From a virus (taxonomy: Duplodnaviria; Caudoviricetes), in the IMG/VR virus record IMGVR_UViG_3300034118_000003, positions 1 through 29,756 of that record: a stretch of DNA of 29,756 nucleotides; one strand, written 5' to 3'. Under the pieces are notes generated by a model. It was given only the letters and a program-made list of their open reading frames with translations, was not told the origin of the DNA and ran no database searches. The first letter of the stretch is position 1. Every line of letters begins with the position of its first letter. The translations under genes and the position numbers were made by a program. Positions 8,760 through 16,744 of the stretch are shown here, one piece after another.

Positions 8760-9736
8760 GTGAGAACAAAGACGAGATTATTGTCAAAGAAGCAAGCGAC
8801 GGATCGGCGGTTATTGATCTTCCTGCGGACTTGGCAGATGAGGAGATCCCGCAACAGGCGGAGTCTCAAGATGATGGCTCTGACGAGGCTGATGACGCTG
8901 CTGCGGCGGCTGAGATAGCTGAAGGCGGTGCTGTAGACCCAGAAGCGGAGGCTATGCGTTCGGCACGCCGTGCCAAGCGTAAAGCGCGTAAGGAATACCA
9001 CAAGCAGGTTTCCGCTGAGAAAGACGTTCGCCTGCAAAACCTGCAGCGTCAGAACGGCGAGCTGATGGAGCGCTTATCCGCTCTGGAGCGCAAGCAGACA
9101 GGTTCCGATCTAGCTCGGATTGACAAGGCTATTGAAGACCAGAAGATGCGCATCCAGTACGGCAAGGCGAAGATGAAAGAAGCCGCTGAAGCTGGTGATG
9201 GTGACTTGCTGACTGCAGCCGAAGAGATGGTGTATGAGGCTCGTCGGCAGGCTGAGGCGTTGGAGCAGTTCAAGCGCCGCTCGGTGCAAGAGCCGCAACA
9301 GCAGCCGATTCAGCAAGACCCGCAGATGCAGCGTCACGCTAAAGAATGGATGGAAAGCCACGGCGATTGGTACGACCCTATGGGCTCGAATACCGACTCA
9401 AAGATCGCGCTGGCTGTCGATCAGGCTTTGGCTGAAGAAGGCTGGAATCCCAAGACAGAAGAATATTGGGACGAGCTTGACAAGCGCTTGTCAAAAGTGC
9501 TACCACATCGTTATACTGATGTCGCATACGAACGACCCCAGAAAAGCCGTCCGAGAAGTGTTGTGACTGGTGGAGGGCGCGAAGCAGTCTCAAGTGGTGG
9601 TAAGAGTACCTTCACACTGAACCCAGACCAAGTCCGGGCGATGAAAGAGGCTGGCATGTGGGACAACCCTGAAAAACGGGCTCGCATGATACGGCGCTAC
9701 GCAGTTGAAGCACGCAAAAACGGACAAAGGAGCTAA
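8756..9736 (+). CDS. Putative scaffolding protein
   Basis: Acidic disordered N-terminus, long coiled coil, short C-terminal helical motif (LNPDQVRAMKEAG); between portal and capsid. Confidence 0.6.
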   Translation: MSENKDEIIVKEASDGSAVIDLPADLADEEIPQQAESQDDGSDEADDAAAAAEIAEGGAVDPEAEAMRSARRAKRKARKEYHKQVSAEKDVRLQNLQRQNGELMERLSALERKQTGSDLARIDKAIEDQKMRIQYGKAKMKEAAEAGDGDLLTAAEEMVYEARRQAEALEQFKRRSVQEPQQQPIQQDPQMQRHAKEWMESHGDWYDPMGSNTDSKIALAVDQALAEEGWNPKTEEYWDELDKRLSKVLPHRYTDVAYERPQKSRPRSVVTGGGREAVSSGGKSTFTLNPDQVRAMKEAGMWDNPEKRARMIRRYAVEARKNGQRS

Positions 9737-9738
9737 TT

Positions 9739-10278
9739 ATGGACAGTCGTTTAAAGAAATCCCTCACTACTGGTGGGCGCGAATCCCGCGCTAGTCTTGA
9801 CTCAAGTCGAGAGGCACCGGAGGAAATGTTTGTATCCGCCGAAGAACGTCGCAAGATGTGGAAGGACGAATGGGTACAAAGCGCATTGCCGCCAGCCCCT
9901 GACCTGCCCGGATGGCATGTCTGTTGGCTTTCAACAACCAATAGTTACGACAGCATCGATAAGCGCTTGCGCCTTGGCTACACCCCAGTAATGGCGGATG
10001 AAGTCAAAGGTTACGAGAATTGGCGCGTAAAGGCTGGCGAACATAGCGGTTATGTCGCGTGCAATGAGATGCTGCTGTTTAAGATTCCTATGGAAACTTA
10101 CCAAGACATTATGGCGCACTTCCACCACGATCAACCGTTGGAAGAAGCGAATAAGATCAAGGTACAAGCGGAGTCTCAGGTTGGACGCGATAGCCGAGGT
10201 AGATCTCTCGGTCAAGTTGAAGGTGACGGGTTGGAGCAAATTGACAAACCAATGCCTGCCCCTATTTTTCATGGGTAG
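9739..10278 (+). CDS. Hypothetical head-module protein, 179 aa
   Basis: SD AAGGAG; PGWHVCW...LRLGYTPV...EMLLFKIP pattern; tight spacing with neighbours. Confidence 0.75.
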   Translation: MDSRLKKSLTTGGRESRASLDSSREAPEEMFVSAEERRKMWKDEWVQSALPPAPDLPGWHVCWLSTTNSYDSIDKRLRLGYTPVMADEVKGYENWRVKAGEHSGYVACNEMLLFKIPMETYQDIMAHFHHDQPLEEANKIKVQAESQVGRDSRGRSLGQVEGDGLEQIDKPMPAPIFHG

Positions 10279-10291
10279 GTTTTGAAACCTA
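10276..10291. promoter_or_regulatory. Inverted repeat TAGGTTT-TG-AAACCTA upstream of the capsid genes
   Basis: Perfect 7-bp arms directly before the SD (GGAG) of the 10304 gene; function unknown. Confidence 0.35.
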
Positions 10292-10303
10292 ATGGAGTGA
10301 ATC

Positions 10304-10903
10304 ATGACTGTTGCTGCTGCTCCGTTTGGCCTGCGCCCTGCATTCCATCCTTCCGGTCTGGATCGTGCAGTTGCTCTGGCAAACGGTATCGAAACCGTTT
10401 CCACCAGTGGAAACACATCGCTCGGCTATGCTTCGAACATTTTCAAGGGTGCGCCCGTGAAGATGAATACGGCTGGCTATATTGAAAACATCTCTAGCAC
10501 CGAGGCTTTCCTCGGCGCATTTGCTGGCGTAGAGTGGACTGACGCAACGGGTCGCCGTCGTGTCTCGAACTTCTGGCCTGCAAACGAGTCTTTCCAAGTT
10601 GGTTCGGTCATTGCGTATTACTACCAAGACCCTAACATCGTTTATGAAATCCAAGCTGCTGGCAACCTAAACCAGAACGCTATTGGTGATCAGTTCGACG
10701 TTAGCAGCCCGACTGCTGGTTCGTCCTCGACTGGTTTGTCGTCGGCCTCTATGAGTACCTCTGGTGCTGGTACTGGCGCTACAAACCAACTGCGCGTCAT
10801 CAATCTTGCTCCGTATCCGGACAATGCTTGGGGTGATGGCTTTCCTATCGTGCAAGTACAGATTGCTCTCAGTCAGTACGTTGCGTCGATCAACGCAATT
10901 TAA
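10304..10903 (+). CDS. Putative capsid cement/decoration protein
   Basis: PFGLRP N-terminus, LGAFAGVEW, DPNIVYEIQA; beta-rich; immediately before the major capsid gene with similar strongly biased codon usage. Confidence 0.55.
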   Translation: MTVAAAPFGLRPAFHPSGLDRAVALANGIETVSTSGNTSLGYASNIFKGAPVKMNTAGYIENISSTEAFLGAFAGVEWTDATGRRRVSNFWPANESFQVGSVIAYYYQDPNIVYEIQAAGNLNQNAIGDQFDVSSPTAGSSSTGLSSASMSTSGAGTGATNQLRVINLAPYPDNAWGDGFPIVQVQIALSQYVASINAI

Positions 10904-10918
10904 AGGAGGGACTGAATC

Positions 10919-11833
10919 ATGGCAGCCCCAATGAGAAGTACCGACTTTCGTAGCATTGTCGAACCTATCCTGAACGAATGTTTCGACGGTGTCTACGATC
11001 AGCGTACTGATGAATGGTCTCGCGTATTCCGTGAGCAAGAAGGTATCCCTCGTAACTACCACGAAGAGCCAGTGCTGTATGGTTTCGGCGCTGCTCCGCA
11101 ACTGCCTGATGGCACTCCGGTGACCTATCAGCAGGGTGGCGTGCTGTTCCTGAAGCGCTATGTCTACTCGGTATTCGGTCTGGCATTTGCTCTGACCAAA
11201 GTGCTGGTAGAAGACGGCGATCACATCCGTATCGGTCAAGTCTATGCCAAACACTTGGCGCAGTCGCTGATCGAAACCAAAGAGACGCTGTCTGCGAACG
11301 TGCTGAACCGTGCGTTCAACTCGGCCTATCCCGGCGGTGACGGCGTTCAACTGAACTCGGCTTCGCACCCGATTGTCAACGGCACATTCAGCAACCTGCT
11401 GACCGCTGCTGCAAACCTGTCGCAGACTTCTCTGGAACAGATGCTGATCCAGATTCGTCAGGCAGTTGACAACAACGGCAAGAAGATCCGTCTGGTTCCT
11501 CGTCAGCTCGTCGTTGCTCCGGGCAACATCTTCCAAGCAGAAGTTCTGCTGAAGTCGGTGCTGCGTTCGGGTAACGCGAACAATGACGTTAACCCAATCA
11601 AGTCGATTGGTCTGCTGGACGAAGGCGCTGCAGTTCTGTCGCGTCTGACTTCTTCGACTGCTTGGTGGGTTCAGACTGATGCCCCTGAAGGCATGAAGCT
11701 GATGATGCGTCGTGGTCTGGAGAAGACGATGGAAGGTGACTTCGAAACTGACTCAATGCGCTACAAGGCGACTGAGCGTTACGACGTTGGCTTTACTGAT
11801 CCTCGTGCCATGTACGGCACGCCGGGCGTCTAA
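10919..11833 (+). CDS. Major capsid protein (Mu GpT-like, HK97 fold)
   Basis: Strong SD AAGGAGG; GFGAAP, LAFALT, GGDGVQLNSASHP, LSQTSLE, PRQLVVAP, YKATERYDVGFTDPRAMYGTPG; followed by a hairpin. Confidence 0.9.
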   Translation: MAAPMRSTDFRSIVEPILNECFDGVYDQRTDEWSRVFREQEGIPRNYHEEPVLYGFGAAPQLPDGTPVTYQQGGVLFLKRYVYSVFGLAFALTKVLVEDGDHIRIGQVYAKHLAQSLIETKETLSANVLNRAFNSAYPGGDGVQLNSASHPIVNGTFSNLLTAAANLSQTSLEQMLIQIRQAVDNNGKKIRLVPRQLVVAPGNIFQAEVLLKSVLRSGNANNDVNPIKSIGLLDEGAAVLSRLTSSTAWWVQTDAPEGMKLMMRRGLEKTMEGDFETDSMRYKATERYDVGFTDPRAMYGTPGV

Positions 11834-11840
11834 ACCAATC

Positions 11841-11858
11841 GGGGAGCTTCGGCTCCCC
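11841..11858 (+). terminator. cUUCGg stem-loop after the capsid gene (terminator or mRNA-stabilising hairpin)
   Basis: GGGGAGC-TTCG-GCTCCCC, 7-bp stem; no U-tract, so termination would be weak. Confidence 0.6.
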
Positions 11859-11877
11859 TCCTAATAGGAGAAATGAA

Positions 11878-12315
11878 ATGCAAACCTATTTTGGTTCGAC
11901 GCTCCGCGCTGGTTCAGGCACGCTGACCGATACGGTTGATGGCGGCTTCGTCGTCATGACTCAGACCACTACTGCCACTACGATAGCGGCTGGTACAGCA
12001 GTTTCCGCAACCATCACCCTTCCAGCATCTTCGCAAATTATCGATTTTATTATCGATATGGTTACAGTTCCGTCATTCGGTACTGCAACTAAAGTGGATG
12101 CGACCATTGGCACTGCAGCGGCTGGTACTCAGTACCTGTCTGCTACTGATGTAACTTTGGTAGGAAGAACCGCACTGGCATTTACAGCGGCTCAGTTGAC
12201 TTCGATGTCTGACATCGGCACTAACCAGAGCGTTGTAATTACCATTGACCCAGATGGCACCGTCGCTACTCAAGGCACTTTCCGCTTGACCGTGATTTAC
12301 GCCCAAAAGGTTTAA
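11878..12315 (+). CDS. Putative virion structural protein (Thr-rich beta protein), 145 aa
   Basis: SD AGGAG; directly after the capsid gene; ITLPASSQIIDFIID beta-sandwich-like pattern. Confidence 0.7.
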   Translation: MQTYFGSTLRAGSGTLTDTVDGGFVVMTQTTTATTIAAGTAVSATITLPASSQIIDFIIDMVTVPSFGTATKVDATIGTAAAGTQYLSATDVTLVGRTALAFTAAQLTSMSDIGTNQSVVITIDPDGTVATQGTFRLTVIYAQKV

Positions 12316-12325
12316 GGAGATCGTC

Positions 12326-13375
12326 ATGGGTCAGTTCAAACCGATGGTCAAAATGATGACCACAGAGCCTAGCATCGAGCTAAAGCTCAAAAAGGGTGGG
12401 CATGTTGCTATGCCCAAGATGAAATCTAAAGACGAGTCAGGCCACAAGAAAATGGCAATGGGCGGTATGCCTCCTGCTATGGATCGTGCTGGTCTACCTC
12501 CGGGGCCAGTTGGTGGCGCAGCTCCCGCTGCTCCTTCGATGGCAATGCGTCGCAAAGCAATGAAGATGCGTCGTCCTATGAAAGACGGTGGATCTGCACT
12601 AGAGAAGCACGCTGATATGCCAGCATCTAAGGCACACAAAGGCCTGAAGACTGGTGGCGTTGCTATGGGTCAAGGTGGCTACAAGGATGGCGGCAGCGTC
12701 ATTCCTGTCAGCGCTTCTAAAAAGGGCGCTGAGGGCTATACCGAGACCAAGATGCACACAGCCAAGCCTGATCGTTCGCCTGCTAAAACAGGTGATGTGA
12801 AGATGGGCAACGGCGGTGGCTACAAAAAAGGCGGTCTAGCTGGTTACGCCAAGGGTGGCGGCGTTGAAGGTAACGTCAGCAGCTCATCTCCGGGCGTCAC
12901 TAATACTAAGACTGGCGAAGTCCGTAAGGGCAATGCGGGTGGTTTTAAGAAGGGCGGTGCCCTAAAAAAGTTTGCTAGGGGTGGATCGGTAAACGACTCT
13001 GGGAAGGCTGAAAAGATGCCTCAAGGGTACAAAAAGCCGCCCACCCCTGTCAGCATCAACCAACTGTCTGGCACCTATAAAAAGGGTGGCAAAGTAAAGA
13101 AATACGCAGAAGGTGGAGTGTCTGACAAAGAGCAATCTGAGGCTTACAACAGGTTTTATGCGGACGAAAAAGCTGAAAATGAAGCTGACCGCGAAGCCAT
13201 GTTGAATGCGTTAAAGAACCCCCTAGACGCCATTAAAAGTCTGCCAGAGCGCCTGAAAAAGGGCTATGAGGCAGTTAAGCAGGGTCTAAAAGGTTCTGGC
13301 TCGGTGACAACTACTGAGCGCGAAGTAAGCCGGACAGTAACTCCGACTAAAAAGCGCTACGGCGGTGCTTGTTAA
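12326..13375 (+). CDS. Lys/Gly/Met-rich low-complexity protein with about 11 K/A-x-GG motifs
   Basis: SD AAGGAG; repeats such as YKKGG, FARGGSV, YAEGGV; three KTGxV..G..GG[YF]KxGG units. Confidence 0.8.
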   Translation: MGQFKPMVKMMTTEPSIELKLKKGGHVAMPKMKSKDESGHKKMAMGGMPPAMDRAGLPPGPVGGAAPAAPSMAMRRKAMKMRRPMKDGGSALEKHADMPASKAHKGLKTGGVAMGQGGYKDGGSVIPVSASKKGAEGYTETKMHTAKPDRSPAKTGDVKMGNGGGYKKGGLAGYAKGGGVEGNVSSSSPGVTNTKTGEVRKGNAGGFKKGGALKKFARGGSVNDSGKAEKMPQGYKKPPTPVSINQLSGTYKKGGKVKKYAEGGVSDKEQSEAYNRFYADEKAENEADREAMLNALKNPLDAIKSLPERLKKGYEAVKQGLKGSGSVTTTEREVSRTVTPTKKRYGGAC

Positions 13376-13379
13376 GAAC

Positions 13380-13408
13380 GGCGGGGAGCTTCGGCTCCCT
13401 GTCATTTA
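13380..13408 (+). terminator. cUUCGg stem-loop, probable intrinsic terminator
   Basis: GGCGGGGAGC-TTCG-GCTCCCTGTC (10 bp including G-U pairs) followed by ATTTA; core identical to the 11841 hairpin. Confidence 0.6.
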
Positions 13409-13420
13409 TGGGGCTTTGAT

Positions 13421-13726
13421 ATGAAATTGCAGACAGTATCCAAAACAGGTGTTGGATCAAGCAGCCCGATAGTCATGAACTTAAACTCTACCCCGTTCAA
13501 CGTGGGTTTCGGCGTTGTAAAGTCTGGCACAGTTGATTACACGGTGCAGCACACTTTTGACGACCCTGCGATAGGTTTTACGACTTGGTTCCCTCATCCT
13601 ACGGTAGCAGCGCAGATTGCTAATGCTGATGGCAACTATGCCTTCCCAGTAACAGCAATTCGTGTGACGATGAATTCTGGCGATGGCACAGTCACGCTGA
13701 AGTTGATTCAAGCTGGTATTGCGTAA
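13421..13726 (+). CDS. Hypothetical structural protein, 101 aa
   Basis: YTVQHTFD...PVTAIRV...LIQAG beta-rich pattern; stop overlaps the next start (TAATG). Confidence 0.75.
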   Translation: MKLQTVSKTGVGSSSPIVMNLNSTPFNVGFGVVKSGTVDYTVQHTFDDPAIGFTTWFPHPTVAAQIANADGNYAFPVTAIRVTMNSGDGTVTLKLIQAGIA

Positions 13727-13950
13727 TGGCTGGCGGCGTTGGCTTTGAAGAAGTAGCGAACTTCGCTAACACCTTTCCGGGAGTTGGCACGGGAGTTGTT
13801 GCTGACGCCAGCGCTGGTAACGGCAGTGACGTAGGTGGACAGTCGGTGATTGTTCGAGGGCCGGTAGCTGCGGGGCCGTTCTACATTCTGATGGAAAGTT
13901 CTGGTTACGTTCTGCAAGAGAACGATGACAAGATTGAGTTGGAGTCTTAA
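13726..13950 (+). CDS. Hypothetical protein, 74 aa, with C-terminal ILMESSGYVLQE motif
   Basis: Coupled on both sides; LxxExGxxLxxE-like motif common in phage fibre-associated proteins. Confidence 0.7.
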   Translation: MAGGVGFEEVANFANTFPGVGTGVVADASAGNGSDVGGQSVIVRGPVAAGPFYILMESSGYVLQENDDKIELES

Positions 13951-14532
13951 ATGGCAGATACCAAAATTTCAGCAATGACAGCAGCCGCTCTGCCATTAGA
14001 TGGTACGGAGCTGGTTCCGATTGTTCAGAGCGGTAATAACAGGAAGACAACCATCGCAGACGTGATCGCCTATAACCGTGCGTACGGTGCTTGGAGCGAC
14101 AGCACTGATCAAACGGGCAGTACGGTTGCTGGCGTGGCGATGACCTTTAACACGCAAGACATTGCTGACTCAATTACTTTAGTCAATAACAGCGAGATTA
14201 CGGTGCCGAACACTGGTATCTATGACCTGCAGTTTAGCAGTCAGTTTAAAAATACTGAAAATGCTCAGCAGGAAGTAACGATCTGGTTCAAAGTTAATGG
14301 CGTTGACTTGCCTAATTCAGCAACTATTGTGACGATTCCAGCAAGAAAGACCAGTAACATTTTTGGTTACATGGTGGCAGCTTGGAACATTTTCCTTGAT
14401 TTGAACTCAAGCGACTATGTGGAAATCTATTGGTTGAAGAGCGACGCAGCGGTAACTATGGAGCATCTGCCCTCAACGGCGCTACACCCAGCAATCCCAT
14501 CCGTAATTGTTTCAATACAGCAGGTGGCGTGA
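13951..14532 (+). CDS. Short fibre/spike protein, C1q/TNF-like C-terminal domain
   Basis: N-terminal MADTKISAM...LDGTELVPIVQSG...KTT fibre motif; ITVPNTGIYDLQFSSQF...WFKVNG...LNSSDYVEIYW resembles C1q/BclA-type trimeric heads. Confidence 0.6.
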   Translation: MADTKISAMTAAALPLDGTELVPIVQSGNNRKTTIADVIAYNRAYGAWSDSTDQTGSTVAGVAMTFNTQDIADSITLVNNSEITVPNTGIYDLQFSSQFKNTENAQQEVTIWFKVNGVDLPNSATIVTIPARKTSNIFGYMVAAWNIFLDLNSSDYVEIYWLKSDAAVTMEHLPSTALHPAIPSVIVSIQQVA

Positions 14533-14936
14533 TGCCAGCCAAATCTAAAGCCCAGTTCCGTCTGATGAAGGCGGCTGAATACAACCCAAAGATTGCCAAG
14601 AAGGTTGGCATCTCTGAGGATGTGGCTAAAGAGTTTACGAAGTCGAATGTCGGCAAGAAGGCTTACGCTAAGCTGCCAGAGGCTAAAAAAAATGGTGGCG
14701 TATCTTTAGCTATTGGTCGCGGTGAGAAGTTGCCTGCAGAGCAGGGTGCTGGATTGACAGCTAAGGGTCGAGCAAAGTACAACCGTGAGACTGGTAGCGA
14801 TTTGAAGGCTCCGCAGCCTGAGGGGGGTAAGCGCAGAGACTCCTTTTGTGCGCGTATGGGGCCTACTGCTGAGAAGAGTGAAAAAGGTAGTCGAGCGCGT
14901 GCTTCAATGAAGCGTTGGAACTGTCCCGGTTGGTAG
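14532..14936 (+). CDS. Small basic protein, 134 aa (two modules joined at KKNGG; C-terminal half DUF6321-like)
   Basis: Start reassigned to ATG 14532, which overlaps the upstream TGA. MPAKSKAQFRLM module plus GAGLTAKGRAKYN...SFCARM...RWNC module. Confidence 0.75.
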   Translation: MPAKSKAQFRLMKAAEYNPKIAKKVGISEDVAKEFTKSNVGKKAYAKLPEAKKNGGVSLAIGRGEKLPAEQGAGLTAKGRAKYNRETGSDLKAPQPEGGKRRDSFCARMGPTAEKSEKGSRARASMKRWNCPGW

Positions 14937-14945
14937 GAGAATGAT

Positions 14946-15332
14946 ATGGCGGATTTAAGAGAATATGTTCGTGAACTTGAGGCGCGTCGCGCTAAGGGCG
15001 AAACAGTTCCTGAGTTAACAGTTGGCAGAATTGTAAACGGCAAATATTTCGTTAACAATCAAGAAGTTAGCAAAGAACAATATGACAGAGCAAATGCTGA
15101 TTCATCTGAGGCTATTCGTAAAATAAAAGAACAGCCAACGCCCGGATTAGAGGATTTGGAAAGCTTTGCCACGCGGTCAAGAACGCTAAAAGGTGTTAAT
15201 CGTCCTTCGATGGAAGAACGAAGAAGATCAGCATTGTCTGAATTGGATGGCATGAAAAAGGGCGGCAAGCCAAAGATGCTGAAATCAAAGATTTCAACGG
15301 CTACGAAGTCCAAAAAATCGCCTGCATGGTAA
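14946..15332 (+). CDS. Hypothetical protein, 128 aa; AT-rich body with MKKGGK basic tail
   Basis: SD AGGAG; fills the gap between neighbours. Confidence 0.75.
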   Translation: MADLREYVRELEARRAKGETVPELTVGRIVNGKYFVNNQEVSKEQYDRANADSSEAIRKIKEQPTPGLEDLESFATRSRTLKGVNRPSMEERRRSALSELDGMKKGGKPKMLKSKISTATKSKKSPAW

Positions 15333-15341
15333 GGAAAGCAC

Positions 15342-16400
15342 ATGGCTTACTCTGGAACTATCGGTCAGACTGTCATCCAAGTACAGGATTTGATCGACCA
15401 CGGAGCCCGACGCTCTGGTAAGTTGGCTGAAGAGCTGACTTCCGAGCAAATTTACTCTGCCAAGCAGTCTCTTTTCTATCTTCTGTCCAATCTAGCCAAC
15501 ATTGGCATCAATTATTGGGCTATTGGGCAAGAAGTTATCGGTCTGAAGGCCGATCAGTACATTTATTACCTGCCTGTAGGCGGTATTGACGTCCTAAATG
15601 CCAACTATCGCACGATGGAGCGCCCTTCTGGCAGCTATTCTGCGTCTTCTGGCATAGCAGCCAACGCTTTTGACAGCAACATCAACACTGTTTGCGTGCA
15701 AACATCCCCTAACGGCAACATTTCGGTGAACTATGGCACTAATAACCCTGTGTACGCTGGCTCTATTGGTATTCTTCCGGGAGTGTCAGGAAGTTTTCAC
15801 ATCCTTTTTGAAACCTCCAGTGATGGTTCAACGTGGACGTTACTCGAAGACACCGGAGTAGAAACTTGGGTCGATAACGAGTGGCTCTGGTATCAGATTG
15901 ATCCGGGTGCTAGTAAGCAGTATTACCGTATGCGCGAGACCGGCGGTAACACGTTGCAGGTTCGTGAGTTCTACGTCGGCAATAACAGCCGAGAAGTCCC
16001 GATGGCGCGTCTAAACCGCGATGACTATGTCTCGCTGCCAAACAAGAACTTTACTGCGAACCAGCCGTATCAATTCTGGTTCAACCGTACTATTCCCCGA
16101 GCTGAGATCAACTTATGGCCTGTGCCAAGCGATCCGTTTGTTCAGATCGTTGTGTACTACTCGCGTCAGATCATGGATGTGGGTGCCTTAGATGGGCAGC
16201 TAGAGATCCCTGACCGCTGGTACTTGGCGATTCAGAACATGCTGGCGCATCAGATGTCGATGGAGCTGCCGGGTATTGATATGCAGCGGATTCAGTATTT
16301 AGAGATGCAGGCTGAGAAATACTTAGGTTTGGCTCAGGCTGAAGAGCGCGACAAGTCGCCTGTGTACCTCGCGCCGAATATTTCTGTTTATTCTAGGTAA
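15342..16400 (+). CDS. Putative head-tail adaptor with inserted discoidin (F5/8 type C)-like domain
   Basis: Adaptor-like frame (LIDHGARR...LANIGINYW...RDDYVSLPNK...INLWPVP...IPDRW) interrupted by SASSG.AANAFDSN...TSSDGSTWT...YYRMR...VREFY. Confidence 0.6.
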   Translation: MAYSGTIGQTVIQVQDLIDHGARRSGKLAEELTSEQIYSAKQSLFYLLSNLANIGINYWAIGQEVIGLKADQYIYYLPVGGIDVLNANYRTMERPSGSYSASSGIAANAFDSNINTVCVQTSPNGNISVNYGTNNPVYAGSIGILPGVSGSFHILFETSSDGSTWTLLEDTGVETWVDNEWLWYQIDPGASKQYYRMRETGGNTLQVREFYVGNNSREVPMARLNRDDYVSLPNKNFTANQPYQFWFNRTIPRAEINLWPVPSDPFVQIVVYYSRQIMDVGALDGQLEIPDRWYLAIQNMLAHQMSMELPGIDMQRIQYLEMQAEKYLGLAQAEERDKSPVYLAPNISVYSR

Positions 16401-16402
16401 CT

Positions 16403-16735
16403 ATGCCGGTCTTCTTAGACACTAGAGGTTATTCGGATATTGCAATTGCAGTATGCGATAGGTGTCGCATGAAGCGTCCGCACGCTGATTTATCGAAAGA
16501 CCCTAACTTTCCGGGTCTGATGGTATGCAGCCAAAACTGCAAAGACCAGTTTGACCCGTATCGTTTGCCTGCAAGAAAGACCGAACGTATCACTATTAGA
16601 TTTCCTCGGCCTGATGCGAATATTGCAGTCGATCCGAATGATATTATTACAACAACTGGGTTTGTACTATCGACTAATCAAAACACAGATGATCCAGAGA
16701 ACAACGGTAATCTGGATGTGATTAGCACAACGTAG
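16403..16735 (+). CDS. Hypothetical protein with CxxC...CxxxC (putative Zn-binding)
   Basis: AVCDRC...GLMVCSQNCKD...PRPD. Confidence 0.75.
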   Translation: MPVFLDTRGYSDIAIAVCDRCRMKRPHADLSKDPNFPGLMVCSQNCKDQFDPYRLPARKTERITIRFPRPDANIAVDPNDIITTTGFVLSTNQNTDDPENNGNLDVISTT

Positions 16736-16744
16736 GGGAAAATC

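Noticed and set aside
10667-11536. 289-aa minus-strand ORF (and the other minus-strand ORFs)
   Set aside because: Antisense shadows of strongly codon-biased + strand genes; no recognisable motifs, and the + strand is fully tiled.
12821-12830. Second AAAAAAG run in the 349-aa gene as a frameshift site
   Set aside because: Phase is tac-aaa-aaa-ggc, not A_AAA_AAG.
11840-13399. Repeated hairpins as CRISPR repeats or att sites
   Set aside because: Only two copies 1.5 kb apart, classic cUUCGg hairpins; no cas or integrase genes.
13948-13953. Stop-codon readthrough fusing the 74-aa and 193-aa genes (same frame, TAA-ATG)
   Set aside because: TAA is rarely read through, and the downstream gene has its own GGAG SD and a typical N-terminus.
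14430-14531. ORF-track start of the 168-aa ORF
   Set aside because: Overlaps the upstream gene by ~100 nt; the coupled ATG at 14532 is more plausible.
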